Assembly (NCBI GenBank): GCA_902547695.1
Contig: CACCOR010000008.1
Coordinates: 3,395-67,394, forward strand
Direction of reading: 5' to 3'
Origin: an uncultured SAR86 cluster bacterium
GTDB lineage: Bacteria > Pseudomonadota > Gammaproteobacteria > Magnimaribacterales > D2472
Length of the DNA stretch: 64,000 bases
Shown here: positions 35,781 through 45,276 of the stretch, one piece after another
Layout of the letters: each line of letters opens with the position of its first letter
Position numbering within the stretch: position 1 is the stretch's first letter
Notes under the pieces: model-generated
Told to the model about the DNA's origin: nothing
What the model saw: only the letters and a program-made list of their open reading frames with translations
The model's database searches: none
Position numbers and translations under genes: made by a program

Positions 35781-36614
35781 ATGACAGATTTAACAATAAA
35801 CCAAGTTTACGCAATTGGAGCTCCAATAGTTCTTGCGATGATTCTTATTGAAGTATTTTTCTCAAGCATTTATAACAAAAACCTTTATAAAAAAGATGAC
35901 ACCCTTTGCACAATTGGACTTTTAACAGGAAATATTCTTATGGTGTTTGCTCTAAAAGGGATTACATTAGCGCTACATTTTTATTTGTTCCAATTTAAGT
36001 TATTTAACTTATCAGCACTGATGCCAGTTTGGGCTTTATGGATTCTAACTTTTGTCATGATAGATTTAGTTTTTTATTTTTATCATCGTATTTCCCACAG
36101 AGTAAATTTCTTATGGGCTATTCATATGAGCCATCATTCAAGTGAAGAAATGAACTTTGCTGTATCTTTTAGACAGGCTTGGTTTGGCCCAATATCAAAA
36201 TTACCATTTTTTATGGTTTTGCCTTTAGTAGGTTTCGATCCAACTATAATTGCGGTGGCAGGTGTAGTCAGCACACTATGGGGAATTGTTGGACACACAC
36301 AAATTGTTGGTAAGCTTGGCCCGCTTGAATGGATTTTTAATACTCCATCTCATCACAGGGTTCATCACGGAGCCAATAGCCAGTATATAGATAAAAATTA
36401 TGGAAATTTATTAATTATCTGGGATAGAATGTTTGGTACATTTGAACCGGAAGGCGAGCCAGTAAAGTTTGGTTTAGTAAGAAATGTGAATACTTTTAAT
36501 CCAACGAAAATAACCTTTATGGGATGGATAGATATTTTTAACAACATGAAAAACGCCTCAAACTTTACCGAAGCAATCTATTTTTTATTAGGACCACCAA
36601 AAACTAAAAATTAA
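35781..36614 (+). CDS. fatty acid hydroxylase / sterol desaturase superfamily membrane di-iron oxygenase
   Basis: 277 aa. His boxes HRISH, HMSHH and HHRVHH. Confidence 0.8.
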   Translation: MTDLTINQVYAIGAPIVLAMILIEVFFSSIYNKNLYKKDDTLCTIGLLTGNILMVFALKGITLALHFYLFQFKLFNLSALMPVWALWILTFVMIDLVFYFYHRISHRVNFLWAIHMSHHSSEEMNFAVSFRQAWFGPISKLPFFMVLPLVGFDPTIIAVAGVVSTLWGIVGHTQIVGKLGPLEWIFNTPSHHRVHHGANSQYIDKNYGNLLIIWDRMFGTFEPEGEPVKFGLVRNVNTFNPTKITFMGWIDIFNNMKNASNFTEAIYFLLGPPKTKN

Positions 36615-36616
36615 TT

Positions 36617-37081
36617 ATGAAACATATCTTATATTTTCTTTTTGTATCACCTTTAGCTTTTTCTTTTGATAGCTCAGATAATTGTGATGATATTGAGCTC
36701 TTCTTTTTAAGTCCACAAGACGGTTTTGTTAGTGAGAATCAAAAACTAAAGGTAGAGTTTGGAACAAAAAATATAAATATTAGTCCTGCAGGTATAGTTG
36801 TTGAGAAACAAGATAATTGTAAAGTTAGCGGACATCATCATTTAATTATTAATAATGCTTATAAAGTTGAAAGTTTTGAAAATCAACCGATACCATATGG
36901 AGCAAATATTCTCCATTTTGGTGGTGGTCAAAAAGAAGCAGAGCTCTCGCTTCCTCCTGGAAAATATTCTCTTCAACTTGCGATAGGTGACTATGAACAT
37001 AAACCCATCAATAGAAATAGGTCAGACCAAGAATATAACCCAATTCTTTCAGAAATTATTAATGTCGAAATACTGCCATAG
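36617..37081 (+). CDS. DUF4399 domain protein, exported
   Basis: 154 aa with a signal peptide. SGHHHLIIN core. Confidence 0.6.
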   Translation: MKHILYFLFVSPLAFSFDSSDNCDDIELFFLSPQDGFVSENQKLKVEFGTKNINISPAGIVVEKQDNCKVSGHHHLIINNAYKVESFENQPIPYGANILHFGGGQKEAELSLPPGKYSLQLAIGDYEHKPINRNRSDQEYNPILSEIINVEILP

Positions 37082-37297
37082 TTAAAGCTTTTCTTTTTTC
37101 TCAAAGACATTTCTAATACAATAATTACTACATATAGGGGAATTAGTATTTTTTTAAGAAAAGTTAAAAATAATTTTTTATCTGAGGCATGTATTCTCTC
37201 TGTCATAGCTGTTTTTTGCGTTCAACTATACGCAAAAGAAATAGTTATTAATCCAGGAGAAAATGCTCAAGAAGAACTGCAAGAAGCTCTAATACTT

Positions 37298-38398
37298 ATG
37301 TCAGAAGGGGATACTCTTTTGATTAAGTCTGGTTACTATTTATTTGAAGATGGACTTTCTCTTGATGTAGATAACGTCACAATAATTGGTGAGGGTTTGG
37401 ATAAAACTATATTGGATTTCAAAAATCAACAGTCAGGAGCTCAAGGATTTTTAGTAACTTCAAACAAAGTGACATTAAAAGATTTCGCAATATTGGATGC
37501 AAAAGGTGATGCTCTAAAGGTAATAGGATCAAAAGGCATCAATATGATTAACTTAAGAACAGAGTGGACAGGCGGACCAAAGAGCACAAATGGTGCATAT
37601 GGATTTTATCCAGTTGAGTCTGAAGATGTTCTTATTGATGGATGTGTTGCCATAGGCGCATCAGATGCTGGAATATACGTAGGACAATCTAAGAACATTA
37701 TTGTTAGAAATAGTACTGCTCAATATAACGTAGCTGGAATTGAAATAGAAAATTCTTACTATGCAGATGTATATAACAATCTTGCTTCACATAATACTGG
37801 CGGCATTTTAATATTTGATTTACCTGATCTGCCTCAACAAGGCGGCCACCACATAAGAGTTTTTGATAACAAATCAATAGACAATGATACTGATAACTTT
37901 GCTCCAGAGGGCAATATTGTTGGGGAAGTTCCAAGAGGCACGGGAATTATTATTATGGCTAATTCTGATGTCGAGGTTTTTAATAATGAAATGAGTGGAA
38001 ATGGAACAGTAAACCTCTCGATTGTCTCTTATTCTGATGAAACACATGATCCAAATTATTATCCCCATCCAAGAAGGATTCAGGTTCATAACAATATATA
38101 TGGCCCTGGTGGATTTGATCCAGATGTTGAAACAGGTGATTTGGCAAAAGCATTATTTGAAATAAGTGATGGAAATATGCCAGATATTTTTTGGGATGGT
38201 GTTGTTCCAATTTCTCAAATGATATTTGGGCAACCAGATGACGATAAGTTAAAGGTGGACGAAAATAACGATGTAAGTTTTTTAACGATCAGTCCAATAA
38301 AGTACATGTTAGGATTTTCAAATCCTATAAGAACAGAAAAGAAAGAATTTAAAGGGGTCATTAATCCACTTGAGCCGATTGTAATAGACGGTATGTAG
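37298..38398 (+). CDS. parallel beta-helix repeat protein. The minimal ATG-initiated ORF is given; the true N-terminus probably lies near 37148.
   Basis: 366 aa. Repeated G-x-hydrophobic turns (GASDAGIYVGQS, NVAGIEIENS, NTGGILIFD, GTGIIIMAN) typical of NosD/CASH-like right-handed beta-helices. The frame is open back to 37082 and encodes a signal peptide. Confidence 0.75.
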   Translation: MSEGDTLLIKSGYYLFEDGLSLDVDNVTIIGEGLDKTILDFKNQQSGAQGFLVTSNKVTLKDFAILDAKGDALKVIGSKGINMINLRTEWTGGPKSTNGAYGFYPVESEDVLIDGCVAIGASDAGIYVGQSKNIIVRNSTAQYNVAGIEIENSYYADVYNNLASHNTGGILIFDLPDLPQQGGHHIRVFDNKSIDNDTDNFAPEGNIVGEVPRGTGIIIMANSDVEVFNNEMSGNGTVNLSIVSYSDETHDPNYYPHPRRIQVHNNIYGPGGFDPDVETGDLAKALFEISDGNMPDIFWDGVVPISQMIFGQPDDDKLKVDENNDVSFLTISPIKYMLGFSNPIRTEKKEFKGVINPLEPIVIDGM

Positions 38399-38403
38399 GG
38401 ATA

Positions 38404-39441
38404 ATGAAAAAGAAATTTCAAATATTGCTAGTGCTTATTCTGTGCATCAGGCTAACTGCGATTAATGATAATCTAATTATTTCTGAATCTTTTCCAGCAA
38501 AACTATCAGAGTTTGGTTTTTTTCTTGATGATTCAGCACAGATACCTCACGAGAATGTAATACCATATGAGCTGATATCAACACTATTTTCTGATTACTC
38601 ATACAAGCAAAGATGGGTATATGTCCCTAATAATAAAAAAGCTCAATATGAAGAGAATTGGGTTTTTAATTTTCCTGTCGGTTCTGCATTAATAAAAACA
38701 TTTTATTATCCTGTTGATGAAAGAAATCCGGATCTAGGAATGAATCTTTTAGAAACAAGACTTTTATTAAGGAAAGAAAATGGCTGGGAAGCTGTATCTT
38801 ATGCGTGGAATGAAGAACAAAACGAGGCATATAAAAAAATTGCTGGAAAAACAATTAATGTTTCTTGGACTGACTTTATGGGCAACGATAGAGATGTTAG
38901 ATATCGAGTGCCAAACGTAAATCAATGTAAGGAATGTCATGCAGCTGAGGATAAGATCACACCAATTGGGCCAAAAGCCAGAAACTTAAATAAAAAGTTT
39001 GAATTTAATGATGGAGAATTTAATCAGTTAACTTATTGGATGAATAGACAAATAATAGATGATTATCCAATGGAGTTAGTTTCTCCAGTTGATTGGACAG
39101 ACGAAAGCCAAAATATTAATGACAGAGTTCGTTCTTATCTAGATGTAAATTGTGGGCATTGCCACTCTCCAACAGGGAATGCAAATTCAACCGGCCTTTA
39201 TCTTCACCTAGATGAAACAAGAAATATTCATTTGGGTTTGTATAAAAAGCCTGTTGCAACTGGTAGAGGCAGTGGAGGCTTAAAGTATTCAATAGTGCCA
39301 GGCAAACCGGACGAATCAATTTTATTACATAGAATGATTTCTCTCGATCCAGGAGTGATGATGCCAGAATCTGGAAGAGCACTTTCACACACCGAGGCTG
39401 TTGATATGGTCAGAGAGTGGATCTTGGTAATGGAAGATTGA
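38404..39441 (+). CDS. dihaem c-type cytochrome (SO_2930 / HNE_0200-like family), exported
   Basis: 345 aa with a signal peptide. Two CxxCH motifs: CKECH (38926-38940) and CGHCH (39151-39165). C-terminal PGKPDESILLHRM...MMPESGR block. Confidence 0.75.
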   Translation: MKKKFQILLVLILCIRLTAINDNLIISESFPAKLSEFGFFLDDSAQIPHENVIPYELISTLFSDYSYKQRWVYVPNNKKAQYEENWVFNFPVGSALIKTFYYPVDERNPDLGMNLLETRLLLRKENGWEAVSYAWNEEQNEAYKKIAGKTINVSWTDFMGNDRDVRYRVPNVNQCKECHAAEDKITPIGPKARNLNKKFEFNDGEFNQLTYWMNRQIIDDYPMELVSPVDWTDESQNINDRVRSYLDVNCGHCHSPTGNANSTGLYLHLDETRNIHLGLYKKPVATGRGSGGLKYSIVPGKPDESILLHRMISLDPGVMMPESGRALSHTEAVDMVREWILVMED

Positions 39442-40007
39442 GATTACATTCACGTAATATTTTCATTTTTCTACCTGCAATAATATTTCTCTATTCTTGT
39501 GAAATTGAAGAATCTAAAAATACTTATAAACCACCCTCAATAGAAATCTCCTCAAAAATAGATAAAACCAGCAACGCCTATTCAATTGAAGTTCTAGAAA
39601 GTGTTGGCGATGAGTTATCGAATCTACTTAATAAAGAGATAGACCTTTTTTCATCAAACGAAGTGAAGTTTGAAGGAGAGATAATAAGTAAATATATTGA
39701 TTGTGGATTTATGAATAATGAGGTTTATGTAAATTATATTGATAGGATATTTGGCTCATATTTAGAAGCTGTTATAACCTTTAAAATAGTAAATGAAGAC
39801 AATTTATACAGAATTAATAATGATGAGATCAGATACACTTTTTTTTCAAAAGAGACAGGAACAAGATGGAGATTTAAATCTAATAAACCAAAAGAATTAT
39901 TGGTAGGCAATCCTGTCTACAGCGACAATCCATACAGAACATGTTTATCTAAAAATGTATTAGAGAAAAAAATTAAAAATATATTAAATAGGACATCAAA
40001 TGGCTAA
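39417..40007 (+). CDS. hypothetical lipoprotein
   Basis: Signal peptide with lipobox (FLYSC). The start is either ATG 39417 or TTG 39438, and both overlap the cytochrome gene end. Confidence 0.5.
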   Translation: MDLGNGRLRLHSRNIFIFLPAIIFLYSCEIEESKNTYKPPSIEISSKIDKTSNAYSIEVLESVGDELSNLLNKEIDLFSSNEVKFEGEIISKYIDCGFMNNEVYVNYIDRIFGSYLEAVITFKIVNEDNLYRINNDEIRYTFFSKETGTRWRFKSNKPKELLVGNPVYSDNPYRTCLSKNVLEKKIKNILNRTSNG

Positions 40008-40491
40008 AAGAAATTTAATTAATATCTACTTAACTTTTCTTGCAATATTTTTATCTTCAAATTTAGATGCTGATAATAATCATTCTATGATTGGATATTG
40101 GTTGACATCCCAATCCATCGTTTTGGTTAGTAAGTGCGAAAATGAATTATGCGCAACCATTGAACATATTTTTGTTGAAGAAGGAATAGACCAGAAATCA
40201 ATACTTGATAATAACAACAAAGAAAAATCTTTGAGAGATAGAACGCTTGTCGGAATTAACTTAATAAATGGTTTCAAATATATTGATGGAGCAAAAAAGC
40301 TATCTGGCGGAAGGATATATGATCCAGGAAGGGGAAGAACTTTTAAATCAAATATTTACCTCTTACAAAATGGGAATTTGAAAATTGAAGGCTGTTTACT
40401 GAGAATGTGTGGTCATGAAGAATGGAAACCTATTATAGTAACGTTTAACGACGACGGAACAAAAAAGGTCGAGCTGAAGGAGAATCTTTAA
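40000..40491 (+). CDS. DUF2147 domain protein, exported
   Basis: 163 aa with a signal peptide. GYWLT..., GGRIYDPGRGRTFKS. Confidence 0.65.
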   Translation: MAKRNLINIYLTFLAIFLSSNLDADNNHSMIGYWLTSQSIVLVSKCENELCATIEHIFVEEGIDQKSILDNNNKEKSLRDRTLVGINLINGFKYIDGAKKLSGGRIYDPGRGRTFKSNIYLLQNGNLKIEGCLLRMCGHEEWKPIIVTFNDDGTKKVELKENL

Positions 40492-40850
40492 TGAAAAAGG
40501 TTAATTTTAAAGATAAGTTTAAAAAGTTTTCAGATCAATGGTCGCCTAAAGTGATTGCGGAACTTAATGATTACCAATTTAAGTTAGTAAAGATTCAAAA
40601 TGATTTTATCTGGCACAAGCATATTGATACCGATGAGGTATTTATTGTAATTGAAGGCGAAATGTTTATTGAATTTAAAACTGAAACGATAAAGCTTGAA
40701 GCAGGGGAAATGATAGTTGTTCCAAAAGGGACAGAACATAGACCCTATGCAAATGATGAAGCTAGTATAATGTTGGTTGAGCCAAGAGGAATAGTTAACA
40801 CAGGTGACAAAATTGATGAATTAACTGCTCCAAATGATCAATGGATATAG
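40491..40850 (+). CDS. cupin domain protein
   Basis: 119 aa. WHKHIDTDEVFIVIEGEM...GEMIVVPKGTEHRP. Confidence 0.75.
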   Translation: MKKVNFKDKFKKFSDQWSPKVIAELNDYQFKLVKIQNDFIWHKHIDTDEVFIVIEGEMFIEFKTETIKLEAGEMIVVPKGTEHRPYANDEASIMLVEPRGIVNTGDKIDELTAPNDQWI

Positions 40851-40868
40851 AGTGGGGAGACAGAAATT

Positions 40869-42074
40869 ATGAGTAAATTTTTAATAGCTGTATTAGCATT
40901 AATACTTTTAGGTTTGGCTATATATAGCCCAAACATTGTTAGGCTCTACAAACTAGCTAATTTATATAACGAAAAATCAATAGCTAAGAATTTCACTAAC
41001 ATTAATAAAATCTTTGAGACATCTTCACCTATTCCTGCATCAAAGCAACCATATGTTTTTGAAAAAAAGGATTATGATTTACCAGAATCTTATTTCTTTG
41101 AGGGAGAGGAACTAAAATTATCTGATGGATTAGATCACTTCCATACAGATGGCCTCATAATCCTACATGATGGGAAAATGTTATTTGAAAAATATTGGAA
41201 CGGAAATACCAAAGATAGCAAGCACATTGCCTTTTCAGTATCTAAATCTTACTTATCAGCCTTATTTGGCATAGCCGTTGACGAAGGCCTAATTGATAGT
41301 ATTGATGATAAGGTTTCTAAATATCTCAATGATTTTGATGGAACTGGTTACGAAGACGTAAAAATTAAAAATCTTCTACAAATGTCTTCAGGTATTGAGT
41401 TCAATGAAGACTATGCTGATCCAGGCTCAGATATAAATAGGTTTGCAAGAGCAACTGCAAGAGGATCGTCATTCAGAGAGTTTGCTAAGACACTAAAAAA
41501 TGGAAGAGAACAAGGAACATATAATCATTATGTGAGCCTTGATACTCAAGTATTAGGCATGATTCTTGAATCAGTTACTGATATGCCATTAAGAGAGTAT
41601 TTATATAAAAGAATATGGAGCAAAATAGGTACAGAAAGTGAGGCTTATTACATTGCTGATAATACTGGTACAGATATGGCGCTTGGCGGCCTAAATGCTT
41701 CTTTGCGGGACTTTGCCAAGTTCGGGCAGCTTTACTTGAATGAAGGAAGTTGGGAAGGTGAGCAAATTGTTCCTAGGGATTGGGTTACTCAATCCCATAC
41801 ACCGGACGCTCCTCACCTAATGCCAAATTCAGGAGAACTTTCTTCAAATGAATGGGGTTACGGTTATCAATGGTGGGTTCCTGGGGATCCCATAACTGAT
41901 TTCACTGCTCACGGCATATTTAATCAATTCATATATGTTGATCCAGAATCAAACGTTGTTATAGCCAAAACATCTTCAAACCATAGATTTAGGTCAGAAA
42001 GAGAGTACTCAAAAGCAGCTCATATAGCTATGTTTCGCTCTATAACAAAACATATTGAAAATACATTTAATTAA
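40869..42074 (+). CDS. serine hydrolase, beta-lactamase/transpeptidase-like family
   Basis: 401 aa. N-terminal anchor, SVSK (SxxK) nucleophile motif, YGYQWW. Confidence 0.75.
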   Translation: MSKFLIAVLALILLGLAIYSPNIVRLYKLANLYNEKSIAKNFTNINKIFETSSPIPASKQPYVFEKKDYDLPESYFFEGEELKLSDGLDHFHTDGLIILHDGKMLFEKYWNGNTKDSKHIAFSVSKSYLSALFGIAVDEGLIDSIDDKVSKYLNDFDGTGYEDVKIKNLLQMSSGIEFNEDYADPGSDINRFARATARGSSFREFAKTLKNGREQGTYNHYVSLDTQVLGMILESVTDMPLREYLYKRIWSKIGTESEAYYIADNTGTDMALGGLNASLRDFAKFGQLYLNEGSWEGEQIVPRDWVTQSHTPDAPHLMPNSGELSSNEWGYGYQWWVPGDPITDFTAHGIFNQFIYVDPESNVVIAKTSSNHRFRSEREYSKAAHIAMFRSITKHIENTFN

Positions 42075-42135
42075 TATATTTGTATTAAGTAAGATTCTTT
42101 CTTAGAATTAAATAAAGGTTATATGAGGAGATAAA

Positions 42136-42729
42136 ATGAATTCAAAATTTTTAAGTTTAATTGGTTTGGTATTTACTGTTGGTGCTTTTGCCGACGGAAA
42201 ATCAAATGAATGGATGATTGAGACACTATCTACAGCTGCGCCATCATTTATAGGTGATAATGCTTCAGTTGCTACATATGATGGAAAAATCCTTAAAGAG
42301 GGTAGCAATGGCTGGACATGTTCTCCAGGAAGGCCAATGCCTGATGATGGTTACAAAGATGCTCAAGATACAAATGCGTCATGCGCAGATATTGAAGGAT
42401 TCAAATGGGTTGAGGCATATGTAAATGGCACTAGTCCTAATATGGAGAGAGATGCCTATATATGGATGCTCCATGGTGATGTTGGAGAAGACAATAGAGT
42501 TTCATCTCTATATGGTGGTAACAAGGAGAATGCAATAAAAATGAATCACTTTATTGAATCAGGACCACATTTAATGCTTATGCCAAAAGACACAAAAACT
42601 ATAGAAAACTTTACAACAGATTTTACAAAAGGAGAGCCATATCAGATGTTTAAAGGCACACCATATGCGCATTTAATGATTCCTTTTGAGGGTTATTACA
42701 TGTTTCAACCTGAAGCGGCCCCTAAGTAG
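42136..42729 (+). CDS. hypothetical exported protein
   Basis: 197 aa. Signal peptide (LVFTVGAFA-DG). No family recognised. Confidence 0.5.
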   Translation: MNSKFLSLIGLVFTVGAFADGKSNEWMIETLSTAAPSFIGDNASVATYDGKILKEGSNGWTCSPGRPMPDDGYKDAQDTNASCADIEGFKWVEAYVNGTSPNMERDAYIWMLHGDVGEDNRVSSLYGGNKENAIKMNHFIESGPHLMLMPKDTKTIENFTTDFTKGEPYQMFKGTPYAHLMIPFEGYYMFQPEAAPK

Positions 42730-42737
42730 GAATTAAA

Positions 42738-43043
42738 ATGGAAAGATATAAAAGTTTTGAGGATTTCTATCCTTACTATATTTCTGAGCATGATCATAAG
42801 TACACAAAATTGATGCATTTTATTGGAACAAGCATAAGCATCTATTTTTTAATTAAATTTATTCTGTCATTCAATTTTTTATTTATCTTATATGCACTTC
42901 TATCGGGTTATGGGTTTGCTTGGGTAGGACATTTCTTTATTGAAAAAAATAAACCTGCTACCTTTAAATACCCTTTTTATAGCCTAATAGGTGATTACAA
43001 GATGTATTTAGAGATACTTCAAGGAAAACATAAAATTTTTTAA
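42738..43043 (+). CDS. DUF962 (Mpo1-like) membrane protein
   Basis: 101 aa. FYPYYISEH..., WVGHFFIEKNKPATF. Confidence 0.65.
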   Translation: MERYKSFEDFYPYYISEHDHKYTKLMHFIGTSISIYFLIKFILSFNFLFILYALLSGYGFAWVGHFFIEKNKPATFKYPFYSLIGDYKMYLEILQGKHKIF

Positions 43044-43069
43044 TTTGTAATCCCGTATTTCATATTTGC

Positions 43070-43858
43070 ATGGAGGCTTCTGAGAATAATTTTTGGACTA
43101 AGCCTCCTTGGGGTGCTGGCGAAAAAAAATATCGACTAGGATTAAGGCCAATAGAATTGGGTGAATGGCTAAATAGAAAGATTGGTGAAAATCTTTTAAA
43201 ACATAAAAAAAATTTACTCGATTCTGATTACAACAAGGTTATTGCAGTAACCGAAGATTCTATTGATGCACAAATTTGCTTAGGAAAGATATTTGGAATA
43301 AAGCATACTAAATATCCAGACCTTATTGCTGAATTAAGCCTTAATATTCAAGATGATTTATGTTTAATGGAGTCACAAGGTCAACAAAAACTACTCGCGG
43401 CGAGCATATGTTCACCAAGTTATTGGGATGTAAGAACAAAAATTGGTAAGCCACTGAAGGTTATACATGATCCTGTTACATCTCTAGACGAGAAGATAGG
43501 CGAGAGAATTGCAACTTTTATAAGACAGGCGCCCATTAAAAAACCCTTTGCTAGGCAAAATTGGCTTATTCATGGAGATACAAAAAGATTTCATTTAAAG
43601 GAAGAAGATTCTCTACTCACAGATCCTTCGTCCTGGTATATCAGGTCAGAAAAAGAAACTTTATGCAGATTTCATAAGGATTATTCCTTATTTACAATAA
43701 ATGTTTTATTTGAACCATTAAACAAAATTGTTGATTATCCCGATGCACTAAGAGGCCTTATTAAAAGCCTAGAGACATTTGATGAAGATGAATCAGTATA
43801 TTTTGGTGGATCCAACAAAATAAACATTTTATTGGAATACCTTAAAGCACAACTATAG
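43070..43858 (+). CDS. DUF3445 family protein (haem-dependent oxidative N-demethylase alpha-subunit-like)
   Basis: 262 aa. IQDDLCLME...LLAASICSPSYWD...IHDPV pattern recalled from this family. Confidence 0.45.
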   Translation: MEASENNFWTKPPWGAGEKKYRLGLRPIELGEWLNRKIGENLLKHKKNLLDSDYNKVIAVTEDSIDAQICLGKIFGIKHTKYPDLIAELSLNIQDDLCLMESQGQQKLLAASICSPSYWDVRTKIGKPLKVIHDPVTSLDEKIGERIATFIRQAPIKKPFARQNWLIHGDTKRFHLKEEDSLLTDPSSWYIRSEKETLCRFHKDYSLFTINVLFEPLNKIVDYPDALRGLIKSLETFDEDESVYFGGSNKINILLEYLKAQL

Positions 43859-43902
43859 TAAAATAGCATTTATTGGGAGAGCATAATTTGCTGTAAATCT
43901 TT

Positions 43903-45276
43903 ATGGATAAAAAACAGTACAACAAGATTATTATTAGATCGCAAGATATTGCTGAAAAATGGAAAAAAATTCCAGCGCCTCAAAGAGGAGAGTTCATAAG
44001 ACAATTTGGTGAGCAGTTAAGACTTCAAAAAGAACTCCTTGCAAAAACCATAACCAAAGAAGCAAGAAAGATAAAGACAGAGTCGCTCGGAGAAGTTCAA
44101 GAAGCAATAGATATGTGTGATTTTGCTGTTGGACTAAGTAGGCAACTATATGGCTTGACTATGCCTAGTGAGCGTCCAAATCACAGACTTCAAGAGTTAT
44201 GGCATCCTTTGGGTGTTGTTGGCTGTATAACAGCTTTTAATTTCCCAATGGCTGTATTTGCATGGAATTTCTGTCTTTCTGCTGTTTGTGGAAACAGCAT
44301 AATATGGAAACCTAGTCCACATTCAAATGAGTGCGCAAAGGGAATAAAAAAAGCGTGGGATGAGATAAGCGGTGAGTTTTCTAACTTAATTCAAATTATA
44401 GAAGGTGGTAACGAAGAAGCAGTTTTAATTTGTGAAGATAAGAGAATATCTTTGGTATCTGCAACAGGAAGCACACAAATGGGTAAAGAGTTGGCACCAA
44501 TTGTTTCAGCCAGGCTTGGTAAGCTTTTGCTTGAACTTGGAGGTAATAATGCTGCAATTGTATGTCCTTCAGCAGATTTAGATTTAACAATAAAAGGTAT
44601 CGCCTTTTCTGCTTGCGGAACAACTGGTCAAAGATGCACGTCCCTAAGAAGATTATTTGTTCATAAAGACATATATGATGACTGTGTTGAGCGTTTAGAA
44701 AAATGCTTTGAGGAATTAGTAATAGGTTGTCCCTCAAAGGATTCCTCTCAAATAGGTCCCTTAATTTCTGAAGATAGCTTTAATTCTATGCAAAAAACAC
44801 TTGAGTCATTAAAGGCTAAGAATGTATCTGTAATTGGTGGCGAAAGATTAGATATTGAAGATTCTAATGAATATTATGTAAAACCAGCATTAGTTCTTGT
44901 AAAGGAAATAGAAGATGAGATGCTTTCTGAAACATTCGCACCTATTTTATATGTAAAGAGTTATGAAAAAATTGAAGAAGCTATTCGTATGCAAAACGAT
45001 GTTAGTCAAGGCCTTAGCAGTTCAATTTTTACAAATGATATGAGGGAATCAGAATTATTTTTAAGCGAATCTGGAAGTGATTGTGGGATTGCTAACATTA
45101 ATATTGGTACAAGCGGAGCTGAAATTGGTGGCGCTTTTGGTGGTGAAAAAGATACGGGAGGCGGTCGTGAGTCAGGTTCGGATGCTTGGAAAAACTATAT
45201 GAGAAGAGTAACCGCAACTGTAAATTATGGAGAAGATTTACCACTTGCTCAGGGGGTAGAATTTGATGAAAGCTAA
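43903..45276 (+). CDS. amaB: aldehyde dehydrogenase, ALDH7 / alpha-aminoadipic semialdehyde (piperideine-6-carboxylate) dehydrogenase type
   Basis: 457 aa. IPAPQRGE, GEVQEAIDMCDFAVGLSR, ELGGNNA, GQRCTSLRRL, ETFAPILYV and the C-terminal SGAEIGGAFGGEKDTGGGRESGSDAWKNYMRR are near-identical to ALDH7 signatures. Confidence 0.85.
   Translation: MDKKQYNKIIIRSQDIAEKWKKIPAPQRGEFIRQFGEQLRLQKELLAKTITKEARKIKTESLGEVQEAIDMCDFAVGLSRQLYGLTMPSERPNHRLQELWHPLGVVGCITAFNFPMAVFAWNFCLSAVCGNSIIWKPSPHSNECAKGIKKAWDEISGEFSNLIQIIEGGNEEAVLICEDKRISLVSATGSTQMGKELAPIVSARLGKLLLELGGNNAAIVCPSADLDLTIKGIAFSACGTTGQRCTSLRRLFVHKDIYDDCVERLEKCFEELVIGCPSKDSSQIGPLISEDSFNSMQKTLESLKAKNVSVIGGERLDIEDSNEYYVKPALVLVKEIEDEMLSETFAPILYVKSYEKIEEAIRMQNDVSQGLSSSIFTNDMRESELFLSESGSDCGIANINIGTSGAEIGGAFGGEKDTGGGRESGSDAWKNYMRRVTATVNYGEDLPLAQGVEFDES

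Noticed and set aside
36991-37206. 71-aa minus-strand ORF across the DUF4399 / beta-helix junction
   Set aside because: It overlaps the DUF4399 3' end and the signal-peptide-encoding frame of the beta-helix gene. It has no ribosome-binding site or recognisable motif.
37189-37251. ATG at 37189 plus a frameshift in the T6 run (37212-37217) as the true start of the beta-helix gene
   Set aside because: The resulting N-terminus (MYSLCHSCF...) lacks a basic n-region and makes a poorer signal peptide than the continuous frame. Not excluded if the homopolymer length is a sequencing error.
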